From the NCBI GenBank assembly GCA_013239625.1, contig MU054187.1:16074941-16138940 (forward strand): a stretch of 64,000 nucleotides of DNA, in the 5' to 3' direction. Below the pieces are notes generated by a model. That model saw nothing but the letters and a program-made list of their open reading frames with translations, made no database searches and was not told where the DNA came from. This DNA comes from Lama guanicoe (taxonomy: Eukaryota). Below are positions 13,616-27,920 of the stretch, piece after piece; within the stretch, counting starts at the first letter, position 1, and the number at the start of each line of letters is the position of its first letter. Both the position numbers and the translations under genes were made by a program.

Positions 13616-14119
13616 ATATTACAAGACTTGTTGGAGCTATGGTTTTGGATCTAAACTGCTCCCAGTGTCAGAATATGTCTTTCCTACAACCTGACCAGAC
13701 ATTTCCTCTCTATCCTCATCACAAGCCAGCTTCTCCCTCCTTACAGTTCTTCCTTGTTTCCTGTCACTTAATTTAATGCTTCCCTGCATTTGGTTATGCT
13801 GTTGTCTTAGTCATGGATCTGTATTCTCCTCTCTCTGCTTCTAAATGGTGCTTTTGCCTGATTTGAACTGGACAGAACCTTAGCTGTTATCTAGTCCACT
13901 GCTCTGAACTGACAAATGAGAAAACTGATTTTTCCAGGAAAGTTTCCTTACTACTGGTATTGCACTCAATTTATGAAAGCTTGAAATATAAACAATCATT
14001 GTCTTAAGTTATAATGCAGTGGGAAAATAAATGTTTAGACTACTAAGTGCACATGTTAAACAGAAGAGAATGAATTTTATACAATAGAATTTATAAATAT
14101 AAGCAAAACAAGGAGAGAG

Positions 14120-14400
14120 TGTGTCAAGCACATGCAAAAGAAGAAAAGCCCAAGGCTTGGCTAATTCAACATGTAAAGATGCGACATGCCACTTTTAGAC
14201 TCAGACAATTTATTACTTGTATAGATGATGGAAGGAAGAGTAGCCAAAGATGGCAGCTCCCCATGAGCCTTTCCCCACACATCAAAACAGACTCCCCTGA
14301 AACCTCATCATGAGCTGTGGGATAGCCCGTCGCTGAGGAGCCAGTTCTAGACTGCAGCTAAGCAGTTTTACATTTCAACTGAATTCACAGCCTAAAGAGC
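14120..14400 (-). mobile_element. Possible old LTR fragment
   Basis: TG start, antisense poly(A) signal (tttatta) about 90 bp in, raised GC; family not recognised. Confidence 0.3.
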
Positions 14401-14789
14401 AAATCTTTATTTACTCAAATCGCTGCTAAAAATATTTCAACCAGATGAAGGGAGAAGATGCAGAGAGAAATATTTCTAACCTTTTTGAAAACTTAGGAAA
14501 ATAAAAATGGGATGAAGGTTAAGGGAAGGGTAAGGGTATAGGTGTTAATATGCTGATATGAAAGCAAAAACATGTCAATCTCTTTTCCATAACAGACTTC
14601 AGTTAATCAGATCCTTCTTTTGGCTTTGTTCCCAAAAGTCAATATTACCTGACTCTATAAGGAACTGCAGTGAAGAAAAATTTAGCTCAAGATATCCTCA
14701 GTTCATTAAAGAAAAGAAAAACACAACTGATAGTCTTTAAAAAAAATCTTCTGTCAATATGCAGTATCAAAACAACAACTACCACGGCG

Positions 14790-14985
14790 GTTGCTCAGAG
14801 TTCAGGCGCTGGGTCTGCCTGGATTCCATAACTGGTTGAATAATATTGAACAATTAAGTTTCCTGTGACTCAGATTGCTCATCATAGCACTTACTTGTTT
14901 TTCTAATGATTAAATGAGACAAATTATTAAAGTGTTTTTTTCAAAAGAACAACTGGAATAATTGCTCAATAAATGTGAGCTCTTA
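14790..14985 (+). mobile_element. MIR
   Basis: ctgcctggattcc...tgtgactcagattgctcatc...gattaaatgagac...gctcaataaatgtgagc. Confidence 0.65.
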
Positions 14986-16639
14986 GTTACGAAGTCTTTA
15001 TTCTGTATTAGAACTACTCTGTGCCAGCTGAAGGACCATAACTTATATATTTTAGTGTAATCTATGTCATGTAGCTGTAAGAAGCCACTAAATATTTGTT
15101 GAAAAAGTGATTTGAAGTTTTCAAATACCAGTTTATTTGACGATTGATGATTCTGAAATTTTCCTCTTGGATCACCACTCTAGATGAATTAGGTGGCAGA
15201 GAGATTTAGAGTTGTCTTGTTAGTGTTGCTAGCAGGACATTTCATTTGGGAAAATTTCTAATCATGGTGAAATAATATCTAAACCAATGTTAGCATAAAT
15301 GAGTATAAGGCTGAGTAATTAAACACTTAATGTTTACTGAACATTGACTAGCAAACCGGGCATTATCTTAGACACTAGTAAGGCAAAGATAAGCCAGAAA
15401 AAATCCTTGCCTTCATGAAACATATAATCTTTGTGTTACACAAGTCAAATGCAAGAAAGCAGCTAAGCCTGAGACCATGGATGTTGTGCCACAAAATGAA
15501 CCGTTAAGGGGAATGGTACAATGTGAGGCATGTTTCCTAAGGATGCCTTACCATCCATTGTGGGTGCAAAGTTCTGATCTTTTAAATGACATTCACAAAT
15601 TCGTAATAAATGTGACATGTTAGAATGAAAATTAAAAAGTTTCAGCTTTTGTTCTTACACTAATTTATTTTTTAAAAAAGCAGACAGTCGCAGGCCTTCC
15701 ATAAGGATCATGTATGTCTGTAATTTCCCAGAGAATCTGACTGCCTGTGTTACTAAACAAGTGAGGCAGAATTTAAACTCCTTTCCCAATATCTTCTTTC
15801 CTCTAAGGACTTCGGTTGGTCACTGTGTCAGCCAGGCACTACCACTATTTTAAACAGTTTTCCTCCTTTATTGAGAGGTCAGCCACAGAGCCCTGGGCAG
15901 GCTAAGGCAGAGTTCACCTTTGCTTTCTTCCTTGACTCTGTCACGTACCTGTGCAAGTGGAATCCCCAGTTAGAGTGATCCCTGAGGCCAAGAAGTTCTA
16001 TTAAACTGCAGCAAGAATTGGTCAGCTGTATGCTCCTGGGAAAATCCTACTGCTGTGACTAATACGTATTTCAAAAGAAATTAATGAGCATGTCATTCAT
16101 CCTATGATTACAGGATGAGCTGCAAGGGAGTTGCTGGCCAGCAGGCCCTTTACGTAACCCCAAGTTACTGAGTTCTTTCCCTAAATAGTGCAAATTGTCC
16201 CATGACTGGATTAAATCTTTTCCAACCACTACCATGGCAAATCTGGTGGAGGATCACAGCAGACAGTGAGATGAAGGGAATATTTGCTACCTTAAGGGAG
16301 AAGGAAAGAGGTGATATTTATGCCACTTGAGTCAACGGGGAAATTAGTTACAATGTATTCTATTCTAATTATACAAAATATGGTTGTAATTAAAATATTC
16401 AAGGGCAACACATGCAATAACCATTATTCCTAAAGTATTAACTGTATACCTGAGGACGCGCTATGCCAGGTTCTCTATGGAGTGGAAGATACAAACATTG
16501 TTTACCACCATCACTCTGACCACCACCAAATCTTCACCTCATTGCTGTTATTTCAAAATAAAACACAGTATACAAATATATATGCATAGCATTAATGTTT
16601 TATCCTCATTTATATCTTTGACTTTCTATTTCCTATCTC

Positions 16640-16925
16640 TTGTTCAAAGTCTAGTATACCTATAAATCACCTGTGAAGCCTTGCCTGGAAATAATTTTAT
16701 TCTTTTTCTCACCTTCCTAGCATGTTTTCTATACATCTCTTATGGTTTTGTATACATTTTCTTATAAGTCACATTTACCTTGGACTCTAGATATTTTTGA
16801 ACTTATCTAAATTCTCTACCAACTGAAAATAAAATCTCTTTAAGATTAAGTCTGTGTTTAATTCATCCCAGCTTAAATGCCTTCCTTATATTAGGTATTC
16901 AGTTAAATATACTGCAGTAAATAAA
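16640..16925 (+). mobile_element. Degenerate L2 3' end
   Basis: ctctttaagattaagtctgtgtttaattcatcccagc...taggtattcagttaaatatactg. Confidence 0.5.
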
Positions 16926-17919
16926 GGAAAAGTGCAGGTTCAAGGATGGACAAACAGTGTGTCATTTTTACTCTGTCAAATGTGTTTTAAAATAAGCCCC
17001 ACTTTGTTAAAACTCTTTGTCATATCTATGTTTTTTTCTATCTTTTTTTCTGTTTATATTCCATCAGCTTTCCCTTAGTGGAGCCAGAATGCTAAGCATC
17101 ATGTCAGAAAGAACATACAGAAGCCAGGTACAGGTAGTATAGTGTTTTCCTTAGCTTTTTATAGACCCATCTTCTATTTGTCGACTGGTCCTCATCTCAG
17201 TTCTTAAAATTTAGACTTGTTCTAGTCTCTGTATTGATGATTCCTTTGTACTCATTTATTTGCCTTTTCATCTTCATCTGCTTTGGTTGTAATATAACTA
17301 TAGCTCTAGAGAAGAGATGTTCCTTCAGAAAGGCCTTCTGACTGTAAGTGTGTTGGGTGTGTGTGGGGGGTGGAGGTTGAAGCTCAATAAGACATCATGC
17401 CAACAGAAAAGAACTGAATATATATACACATATACTAAACATATATATAAACTTTTTGAATTATGTTATTTCTACCAGATTGGAAATAACAATTTGTAGA
17501 ATATCTATACCTTGACTACATTAAAAAATGAAATTAAAATAAAAGAACATTGTCACATACAGAAAAGCAATTTACTTTTAGGTTCTGCATCTATGTTAAT
17601 TCAGTTACTCAGACTGTGCCTTAAGATTTTTTTTTTGACTCTCAAGGTAAAAAGTAAAATATAATGGTTCATATAGTTACCTTAATTTAAGGAAACATAT
17701 TCTCAGTAGGATTAACTTTTGTTCTATTTCTAAATTCTAATAGAATTATGAATCCTAATGTGAGGAACATAATAAACAACATGTTTGGTAGAGATTTTAC
17801 AGAAGATGCAAAACAATTTCTTCATTAAGATTTTTATGAATGTAGAAGTCAATGATATTATGTCAATGCTTAACTAAATGAAGACAATCTGTAATGAGCT
17901 AACAATTACAGACATTTCC

Positions 17920-19770
17920 AGGTCTCAAATTCATACAGATATAGATGGAACATCTGTAAGAACAAATGATTAGTATGTCTCTTAGATCATCTAACATTGA
18001 AAAATTGTGTCATCTTGAAATTATTTATCTGCAAAAATATTCTTTGCATACAAGGGTGAAGTGAAAACATTTTCAGATGCACAAAAGCTGACTTAAGTCT
18101 ACTGTACTATAAGATATGCTGAAGGAAGTTCTTCTGGCTATGTATATGGGGAGATGTCAACAAATGGAAGTCAGATCTAAGGAAAAGAGTGAAAAGCACC
18201 CCAAAATTGTAGATATGTGTAAATGTAAAAAATTCTTTCTTCTTGTCTTAATTTTTTAAAAATCTTTTGAAGATTTAAAACAAAAATGATAAGATTGTAT
18301 TGTGAAGCCTTTTAATGTATCTATTATTAAGTTAATGTGACAAAGTACAAAAAGAATGGGGAAAGTGTAATTGTATTTTTAAGGTTTTAACATTTAATAT
18401 AAAGGTAAATATTAACTCTGGTTAGATTATAACATGTTAAGATTTCATACTGCACTTTCTAGAGTAATAACTGAAAAATAAATCAGAGAGCCAATAATAA
18501 GACAATAGTGGAGATAAAATGAAATACTAAAAAATAATAAATTGAAAAAAGAGGTCAGGAAAAGAGTTAAAAAGGAACAATTAAAAGATATGTCAACTGA
18601 TAAAAAGCAAGATGGTAGATCTAAGGAAAATCACATTAATAATTATATTAAATAGAAATGAACTAAATACTATAACTGAAAAGAGATAGAGTCAGACCAA
18701 GCATAAAAAGAAGGCTTAGCTATATTCAGTCCACTTATAAAGATGCAGATAGGTTAAATAGAAAAGAAAGGTAAAAGACATATATGAAAATATTAAGCAT
18801 AGAAAAGTTGATGTGGCTGTGTAAATATTAGATAAATTAGCTGTCAGAACGAAGGACATTACCAGAAATAAAGAGTGTCCATTCATAAGATAAATAGACA
18901 ATTTATTAGGAAGGTATAAAAATTCTAAATGCCTAAACATATGAAGCAAAAGCTGGCATAGCTAAAGGTAAAAGTAGACAAACCAAAAACCATACCTGAC
19001 ATTTTTAACACCCATTCTCATAATTGATAGAACAAGGAGACTACAATCATTAAAAATACAGTCTTAAACAACACGATGACCAAGGTAACTTAAGATTTAT
19101 ATGATATTTCCCCCCAAATCTCCAGTGTACACAATATTTTCAAATGCACATGGGATATTTGTTAACATAAATGTTAACCTAGGGCATAAAATAAGTCTTG
19201 CACAAATTTTGAAAATTTGAGCTTTACAGGGTATTTTCTCTGACCATAATGAAATTAAATTGGAAGTCAGTAACAAATATTTAGATATTAAGAGGCACAT
19301 TTCTAAATAACACATAGTTGACAAAGAAAAGAAAACCTGGAAAATATTTCAGCTGACTATTAGCTTAAAAAATATAGAAATGTTTGCAATGCATAAAAAG
19401 CAGGCCACAGAGGGAATTTAATATCTTTATGCTTGTATTAGTAAGACGAGAGACCTAAAAATCAATGGTAGATGCAACAAGAAGAAAACTTAAAAATGAA
19501 AAAAAAAAGCAAACTATTAAAAAAAAAAAGCCAGATATAAATGAATGCACACCCTCTGATTTTATTTACATGAATTTCAAAATGAGTCAGCGTTCTGACA
19601 GTAATTGAAACCATGGTTGCCTATAGGGGATGGGGATGGCTGGAAGAGGACACGAGGAACTTCCAGGAATAAGAAAATCTCCTAATATCTTTGCTATTTG
19701 GGTGTGTATTATTTGTGAAATCTTATTGAATGGGCTCTTAAGTCTGAGCACTTAACTGTGAGTTTTACAA
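17920..19770 (+). mobile_element. Old L1M: end of ORF1, inter-ORF region, ORF2 endonuclease region, then an L1ME-type 3' end; heavily decayed
   Basis: aaaacattttcagatgcacaaaagctga (ORF1 end); aagcaagatggtagatcta...aatgaactaaatac (ORF2 start); ttctctgaccataatgaaattaaattggaa (SDHN motif); A-rich strand. Confidence 0.8.
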
Positions 19771-21049
19771 AAACAAAAAAAGCAAGAAGGCAAGATGAAA
19801 ACAAACTCTGAACACCAAAAGAAATTTATTTACATTCTTCCAATTAACACATAACACTTCCACCTAAATCAAAGGCTCCAGCTATAGTCAAGTAGTCTCA
19901 GTTGGCTTTTGATTTAAAGCCTTCAGTCTTCAGCTAATTTTAGTCATTCGGTGGTGGAAAAGTGAGAGTTTTCTTAAGAAGTTATTGATGCAACTAACGT
20001 CTAACTCTCAAAAACTGTTTTCCCGGTGATTCCCCCCTCCAATAGTTTGTTAACCATAAAATAGCTTCATTGTGGCACCTGCCAGTCAAATGATTTTAAA
20101 CAGTTCAGTATAATGACACATTCACTGCACTCCTGAATCATGGCATAACTGATCTGCGGGAAATGGTTATGTAGTTTTGCCTATTTGTACACTGGAGAAT
20201 TCCAGCTGAAAACAACTATTTGATTTTTAGCCTACATGATGTCGAACAGTTCATTAGGACGATAATTTGAAGAGTGATTTCCATTGTTTACCAGCGCCCA
20301 GTCAGAATTCAATAATATGATAATACATGCTAAAGGAAGACGTTTATATTCCTAACTTCTATGGCATGCATATACACAGTATATTTAACAGCTAAATAAA
20401 CATTTTGATCTGGAAAATAAACATTAAGGTGACTGATGCTGGAATACAAATTTATCCTGTCAACATACTTAAATTAATAAAACATTTTAATCATTCTTAT
20501 GTATTTTTTTTTCTTTCTGGCATGAGGTTAACTGCAATATTTACATATTGAATTAGAAAAAAATGTCTTGACGTTTTATGAGGTTGTTCAATGAAAACAA
20601 CATAAAAATAACAAAAGGAATGTTGCTTGAATGGCATTAGTCTTTCGTGTTTGTTTAACTGTTTCTGCAGTAATCATGTAATATAAAGTATAAAATAATG
20701 CAGGGTTCAAATAAAGCCGAGGACCTAGGTGGTCTTGCTTCAGCTAAGATCACGTTTTTAATAACATATTCTTTCCTTTTCACACAGTAGCAATAACTAC
20801 CTCTGGCTATTTTAAAGTATACATTATGTGTTTACATCTTAGAGTGTTTCTCATTTTCCAAGTAAAGTAGTCATCTTGGGCTTGACCTTGCAGCCTTTCC
20901 TCTAAAAATGTTCCCCCAGAAGCCCTTAATGACTTCAGTAAGAGCTGTGGAATCAGGCCCCACAATGTTGCATCTTTGCACTGAGCTCACAAAGAGGTTA
21001 GTTATGAAGCTGAATGAGGTGTCTGTGAAATAACAGTCTGATAGAAGAT

Positions 21050-22290
21050 CCTCCCAACACCAAAAGTTGCATTTATTTTTAGATTCTTTTGATCCGTAAG
21101 TCTACCTTTCAAACATACATTAGGTCTGTGATAACATTTTAAATTAATTTTGTAAAAGGCAGAAAGTCTGTTTCTAGGTTCTTTTTTGTACATGGACGTC
21201 TAGTTGTTCTGGAATTATTTGTTGAAAAGACTGTCGTTTCTCCTTTGAGTTACTCTTGCTCATTTGTTACAGACCAGTTGGCTGTATTTATGGTAGTTAA
21301 CCAACCATAGTTGTTTTAAACTTCTGATCTGGTAGTTCCAATATCCCTGCTAAGTCTTAATTCTGATGTGTATTCTATCTCTTCAGATTTTGTTTTTGGC
21401 CTGTGGTATGCCTTGTCATTTTTTTCTTGATAGCCAAACATGATGTATCAGGCAAAAGGACCTGCTGTAAACAGTCTTTGTGCTCCTGAATCTGGACTGC
21501 GAACTTCCCAAGTCCTTCCTTCCTTCGTTCCTTCGTTCCTTCCTTCCTTCCTTCTTTTCTTCCTTCCTTCTTTTCTTTCTTTTCTTTCCTTTCCCTTCCT
21601 TCCTTCCTTTTCTTTTCTTTCTTTTCTTTTCCTCCCTTCCTTCCTTTCTTCCTCCCTCCCTTCCTTCCTTCCTTTCTTTTTTCCTTTTTCCTCTCCACTT
21701 AGTTGGAGAGGATGACCAGAGTGGGTTGGGGTTGAGTATTCCCCTTTCCCCAGGTCAGTTAGGCTCTGATAGTACCTCAGCAGGCTAGGATCTAATTAAC
21801 TAGTTTTTCCGGGGGTCCAGCCTTGTTAAGAAGAGGGTGCTCTGGTATATTTCAAAATGGTTCCTTTTCCCCTCCCTCTGCCAGGAGCACAAAGAGATTT
21901 TTCTCCAATATTTACTGTCAGGACCTGGTCGAGTTCCTGGAAGTAAATCTCACAAAGTTGTGAGAGACCCTCCTTGACTGAGTCCCCCTGGAGCATATAA
22001 TTCTCAGGCTTGTTCATCCTTTGCCTCCAGTGATTTGTCAATTACTGCTCAGGTTTTCCTACCCCTGCACTGCTTCTCATGGAGGTTTCCTCTCATGGGT
22101 CTCTGTACACTGCTAATCTGTGACTCCTTGTATTTGCCTTTTCCTCCAATCTTTGGGGCAGCACTTTGCCTGTGTCCTCATCTCTCTAATAAATCCTAGA
22201 AGCATTGTTTCTGTTTTTTTTTTTTTAGTTTCTTCATCTTTTTACTTGTTGTTAGGATGAGTGGTCACTTCTAAGCTCCTTGTATGCAGA
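21050..22290 (-). mobile_element. Old L1M fragments (ORF2 piece about 21050-21290, then 5' region)
   Basis: catggacgtctagttgttctggaattatttgttgaaaagactgtcgtttctcc (antisense ORF2); then an antisense L1M 5' end pattern to ttgttgttaggatgagtggtcacttctaagctcc. Confidence 0.7.
21514..21695. repeat. (TTCC)n/(TTTC)n polypyrimidine tract, about 180 bp
   Basis: Read directly. Confidence 0.95.
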
Positions 22291-22329
22291 AGGAGAAACT
22301 GCAGCATACTATTAAGTTTTTATTATCAA

Positions 22330-22460
22330 TAATTCATGGATAAAGAAACAGAAGGTGAAGGAGTTTTAAAATCTGCCCAAGGTTATGGAGCTGCTAAATA
22401 ATGGGGCAAGAATCAGATCCTAGATCTTCTGACTCAATAGCTAAACTTCATTAACCTCTC
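22330..22460 (-). mobile_element. MIR fragment
   Basis: gataaagaaacagaagg...ctgcccaaggttatggagctgctaaataatggggcaagaatcagatcc. Confidence 0.6.
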
Positions 22461-24199
22461 ATTCTTGTTTAATCTGGCACATGAGTGGTAGTAAGTGTCT
22501 GTGAGGTAAGAGCTGAGGATGTCATCTGACATATACTGGGGCTACCACAGCCAATCAGGCCTGTTTTAATTCATCTTTACTCCAATAGGAAACATGGTTC
22601 AAATTCTTTCTCAAGATAACCTCAGATACCGTTAAATCCCATTAGATTAGAGAATGTAAATAAATATTTCCATAGAAGTGTTGCATTTCTTTACTCCTTT
22701 GACCCCTGACTCCTGTACAGCCAAGTAGCTCATAACTGTTGGAATCTAATCCACATTGATGTTAAGTGGCAATGTGCCTACCATGTAATATGTATTCAGT
22801 AAATATTTATTGATGGCTGGCTCTTGGCTGACTCATGATGTAATCACATGAAACCAGAAACAGCATAAATCCTTACACTTTCATGAGTGGAACTAATCTT
22901 TTCCTTCAAGAGAACTGGAGAGGAACAGAAGAAGAAGAATGATGTGCTATTAGTGACATTCCATTATCAAAGGTGGAATTGGGGTGGGTGGGAGTCAAAC
23001 TCTGCAACAAGCTGGGCTCCTTTTTCTCTTGGGACCACAGGAAAGTACAGAGAATGTGACAATGGTGGCAATCTCTTTTCAGGGTGATTTCAATTCTTTC
23101 TGGGTATAGCACCAAGATCTAAAATTGTTAGTCACAAATGAAAGTAATTAAGATATGAGAAGAGCAGTCATCATAACATCTAATAATTTTGGTATCTTTT
23201 TGTACGTCACTATTACCTTTTGCCATTTTTCAAAAGTATCCAAATTAATGGAAATATTCTCGTCATTTACTGCTGGTACAATTTTCTTTAGTCTGGTGAT
23301 ATAAGAGATGGCAAGGAAACTACACTTTTAAGAGTAGAAAAGGAGAAACTTTTGTATTTATAGGTGCAAGTCATGCAAATTTTCTGAAGCAAATGGGGTT
23401 TTTATTACCTTAATCCTTTGTATAATTTAAACATATCTGTATTCGCTCTTAAGAGCAGAAGTGTATTAAGCACAAATCGTTCTTTGGTGGTAGAAGTGAA
23501 ATTCAATATTAGCTCTGTTGTGCAGCATGAGAATTTTCACCACCACAACTGAGCAGCAACTTTTGCTGCTACTTGGAATTCTAGACAAAGGAGATAAGTA
23601 ATAACAAATCAACTAGGTCTAGAAATGTTTAAATGCACTCAAAAGTTTTTTATTTAAAATTAGATTTCCAAAGGTTTGGAATCTAAGAAGAACATTGAAA
23701 AAGCAAATTTAATAATATTATCATAAGCTTTACAAAAATATAGTGTGTATTTCCCTGAAATAGAGCCCACATTTCTCAACTGACTGAGAGTAATTCTGTG
23801 TGAGCATAGACGCTTAGAGCTTTTTCCTAAAAAAAAAAATTCTAATATTTCTAATATTCAAGAAATATGGGTAACTAATTCAAAAGTGTATTATTATAAG
23901 CGTCTTTACATGATACACATCATATTTTTTTAGAATGTAAAGGGAAATGAACAATTACAGGAAATTTAATAACACGTGAAGAGAAGTGACCGTTAATAGA
24001 AAGATCTAAAATATTTTATCCTTTGCTCAGCTTCTGATCCTCCACATAGAAACTGAGACCATTAGACCTAATTGTTACCAAGAGACATAGAAGAAGCCAG
24101 GAGCTGTGATTTCAGTAATTCTGAGTGTGGGATTCAAGGAAACTATCTGCCATCTTTTGTCATTTGTATATATTCCAGAACTAGTCTCTTTCACCTTTT

Positions 24200-24345
24200 C
24201 AAAAAGCTGTTTATGCACCTGTCATTCTCCCTGATCAGACTGCACACTCCTTTAGACAGAGGGTTCATACTTTTCATCACCTTCAGAGCCTAGCCTTGTG
24301 TCTAGCTCTGACTAGGTCTTCAACAAATGTTGCATGAATGGATTA
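24200..24345 (+). mobile_element. L2 3' end
   Basis: agactgcacactcctttagacagaggg...cctagccttgtgtctagc...caacaaatgttgcatgaatg. Confidence 0.6.
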
Positions 24346-25064
24346 AATTCAATATTATCAAATAAACAGTACAAATCTAAAGTACCGCTGAGTGCAAACA
24401 GAGACCAATCATTAGCAAGTCTCAAGTGATCTCCAACTAAGTGCAAGAGATTAATTCACAATTGAGACTGAAATAAAAATTAAGCTGGAAACAATCATAG
24501 ATTATTATTAGCAAAGTGATTGGAAAGTTAAGGACAGAATTTTTGGACAAATTTGCTCACAAATTGGAGGCTAATGAAAATGGTTAGTGGTGAAATGAAG
24601 GATTAGAGAACAATATGAACTTGAAACATTTTGGGAGCAGTGCCAGCTTTAAGTCATTAAATGCTGTTTTATGGAAAAGGGATAAGATGTCCAAATACTT
24701 AGGGAAAACAATATATTTGTATCTTGCGTTAAAGGGTATTACCCATCAGAAAGTGTAGAATGTTATACTAAACAAATAGTAAATATAATCAATTATCACA
24801 GGAAGACAGGATATTATATCTAAGGATATACAGATGACAGAATAATTTTCAGATGTAGCAATTTAGGATTCCAACTTTCTATTCCCACTTAACATTTCAA
24901 ACACACCTTTAAAAGATCAGATAGAAAACACTATGGAGAACTTAAAAGTTGAAACAATCCCTCATTGTTTCTAACTCTCCTCTTTTTACTTAAGTTCTAG
25001 GCATATGCTGCTCACTCAGAATGTTGTGCTGTTTCTGTATTACTCAGAGTTGAAAAATTCAGAT

Positions 25065-25250
25065 TTGTTTACAAACATTTACATAGTGTTTTCTATGCTC
25101 CAAGAATTCTAAGTGCTTTAGAAAATTCTCTTATTTAATCCTCATAACCTTATAATAGAGATATAGTTATTATGAATCCTCTTTACTAAAGAGGGAATCT
25201 GATCTGTGTAGTAGATCAGTAACTTGGCCACAGCCACACATTTGTAAGTT
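25065..25250 (-). mobile_element. MIR
   Basis: tctaagtgcttta...ttatttaatcctcataacc...agtaacttggccacagccacac. Confidence 0.7.
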
Positions 25251-25749
25251 CTGCTCTCTCCCCATGAACTCTCACCATTTAGTGTCTTCTTTGTCACTCA
25301 GCTGGACAGAATAAATTGATTTAAATATATGTCCTGTGCCCATAATGTGACAAGTTTGTATTTAAATTATTTTATTTTTAATTTTTTCAAGTTAATATTT
25401 CTAATGACTGTATTGATACTTATACCTTAGAGTTCATGTTTTTCAAAAAGTACTCAATTTGGAAGGTATAGATTTACTCCAATGAATGTGCATTTACCAC
25501 ATTATTTGAGAAATGTAACTTTGCCCTTAGAACAAGTTTAAAATTCTAAGAATGAAATTGATACTGTTATTTTAAATCTTTCTGTCCCCACCCTTTGCCC
25601 CATGAAATATGTCCCAGTGAGATTCTCCTCTTTGGGCTCAGGATATGACTTTGGCTTGAGTATCTTTTGTCAGTGCCTCAAATCAAATTCATTCTCTAAT
25701 AATGAAAATTTTCCACCATGAGAGCCATTCCTCAAAAATTTATCTACAA

Positions 25750-26620
25750 CAATGAAATACTACTACACTCTAGTTAAAATATCTGAAATCTGGAACACTG
25801 ACAGCAACAAATGCTAGTGGAGTTGTGAAGGAAAAGAGACTAGCATTCATAGTGGGAATGCACAATAGTACAGCCACTTTGGAAGACAGCTTTGTGATTT
25901 TTCGCAAAATTAAACATATTCTTACCATAAAACCAAACAAGTTCACACCTTTGTATTTACCCAAAGGAACTGAAAACTAATGTCCACGCAAAAACCTGCA
26001 CTTGGATGTTTATAGGAGCTTTATTCATAATATCCAAAACTTGGAAGCAACCAAGATAACTTTAGTAGGTGAATGGATAAATAAACTGTGGTACATCCAG
26101 ATAGTGGAATATTATTCACCACCAAAAAGAAATGAACTATTAAGCCATAAAAAAGATGTGCAGGAAACTTAAATACATATTGCCAAGTAAAAGAAACCAA
26201 TATGGAAAGACTACAACTGATTCTGGAAAAGGCTAAAATATTGAGACAGTAAAAAGATTAGTAGTTGCCAGAGTTTAGGAGTGGAGAAATGGATGAATAG
26301 GCAGAGTACAGAGGATTTTTAGGGCAGTGAAAATACCCTATGACACCATAATGAAGGATGCATGTCCTTATACATCAAACTCATAAAATGTGTTAACTCC
26401 AAGAGTTAACCGTAACTGTATTGTAAACTATGGACTTCAGATGACTATGATGTATCAGTGTAGGTTCATTAACTATAACAAATGTACCACTCTGGTGAGG
26501 ATTGGTGATCATGACAGAGGCTCAACATATATGGGGAAAGGAAGTATATGAAAAATATCTCTACCTTCCCTTCAATTTTTCTGTGAATCTTAAATTTCTC
26601 TAAAAATTAGCCTTAATTTT
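25750..26620 (+). mobile_element. L1MC1-like 3' region (ORF2 end plus 3' UTR)
   Basis: gtacagccactttggaagacag, aacttggaagcaaccaagat, tgtaaactatggactt...aacaaatgtaccactctggtg, ttttctgtgaatcttaaatttctctaaaa. Confidence 0.85.
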
Positions 26621-26842
26621 TAAAATTGTCATAAACTTATATAAGATATCATCTGTAAAGGGCCAAGCACAGTGCCTTATACAAAGCAACTGATAAATAC
26701 ATTGTTATCCCTCAGTGGTTAACAGTTTTATTGCTTCTTTTTTTTTTTGTAAAATCTGCTTTCAGTTCCTCCTTTCCATTTTCTCTGCCTCTATCTTATT
26801 CTGAGACCATAACAGTTGGTTGAAGGGCTTGAGTTTCAGTCC

Positions 26843-27305
26843 TTTCTTAGTTTCCTATTTCTGCTATAACAAACCACCATAAACTGAGTGACTTAAAAGA
26901 ATACAAATTTATTTTGTGTTCAGAATTAATGTGTAGTCCTAAAATCAAGGTGTAGACACTAGAAGACAATCTGTCTTCATACCTTTTCTAAATTCTAGAG
27001 GTTCTGCATTCCTTGGCTCATAGTCCCTTCTTCCTCCATCTTCAACTCATATCATTTCAAGTATTTCTATCATTGCATCTCCCCTTTGTTGAGTCTTATT
27101 CTGCTGCTCTCTCTTTCCCTTGTAATGGTTCTTGTGGCTTTTGGCTATATTGAGCCCACCTAGATAATCCAGGATGCTTCCTGCATGTCAAGATTTTTAA
27201 CTTAATCACATATGCCAAGACCCTTTGACATGTAAAGTAACATATTCACTGGTTCTGGGGATCAGAAGGAGGGTATCTATGGAGACCATTACTCTGTCTA
27301 CCATA
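26843..27305 (-). mobile_element. MLT1 (C/D-like) solo LTR adjoining or inserted in a MIR
   Basis: ttagtttcctatttctgctataacaaaccaccataaactgagtgacttaaaa...gcccacctagataatccaggat...ttaacttaatcacat...ctgtctaccata. Confidence 0.85.
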
Positions 27306-27530
27306 GGACCTGACTGCCTGAGTTACAATCCTGGTTCTGCTGTTTATTTGCTGTTTTTTTAAGGCAAATTACTTAAACTATCCAAACTTAAATCTTCTCA
27401 TCTGTGAAGTGAGGCTCAAAATAGTAACTCATAGGATAGTTGTGAGATTAGATGAGGTTGTACCATGTAAATAGAGAACCATAATGACTGTCACAGAGTA
27501 AGTACTCAATAAATCTTGACTGTTATTATT
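27306..27530 (+). mobile_element. MIR
   Basis: gactgcctgagttacaatcctggttctgc...ggcaaattacttaa...ctcatctgtgaagtg...gtaagtactcaataaat. Confidence 0.8.
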
Positions 27531-27779
27531 TGTCTTAACCTCATCTGATAGCGACAAACTCATGTTAAGAAGCTCACAGAAATAAATGCCTAAATTTAAA
27601 ATGCCCACATGCTAATTTATAATTAGAAGTACAGTCTTGGGAGTAATAATACTGCTATTTAGATAAACTAAGAAAGAAGCCATTTTACAATCAGAATTTG
27701 GTTTCATGGACATCAAGTCAGAAAAAGCAGAGACAAATCAAGGCATGTCCACTGGCCATGGCCTTTCAGTTAAATCTTC

Positions 27780-27920
27780 ACTCCTCAAAGTGGGCTAGCA
27801 TCACTTGGCAGTTTTTTATTATGTAGAATCTCAAGCCTCACTCTAGGCCTTCAGATAAGAGACTGAATCTTCCTATGATTTCCAGGTGATTTGTATGTAC
27901 ATTAAAGTTTGAGAAATGCT
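27780..27920. mobile_element. MER5-like DNA transposon
   Basis: ctcaaagtggg...agcatcacttgg...ccaggtgatttgtatgtacattaaagtttgagaaatgct. Confidence 0.7.

Noticed and set aside
21375..21788. Three ORFs of 91-107 aa (KEGR-rich or SFL-rich)
   Set aside because: Translations of the (TTCC)n/(TTTC)n microsatellite.
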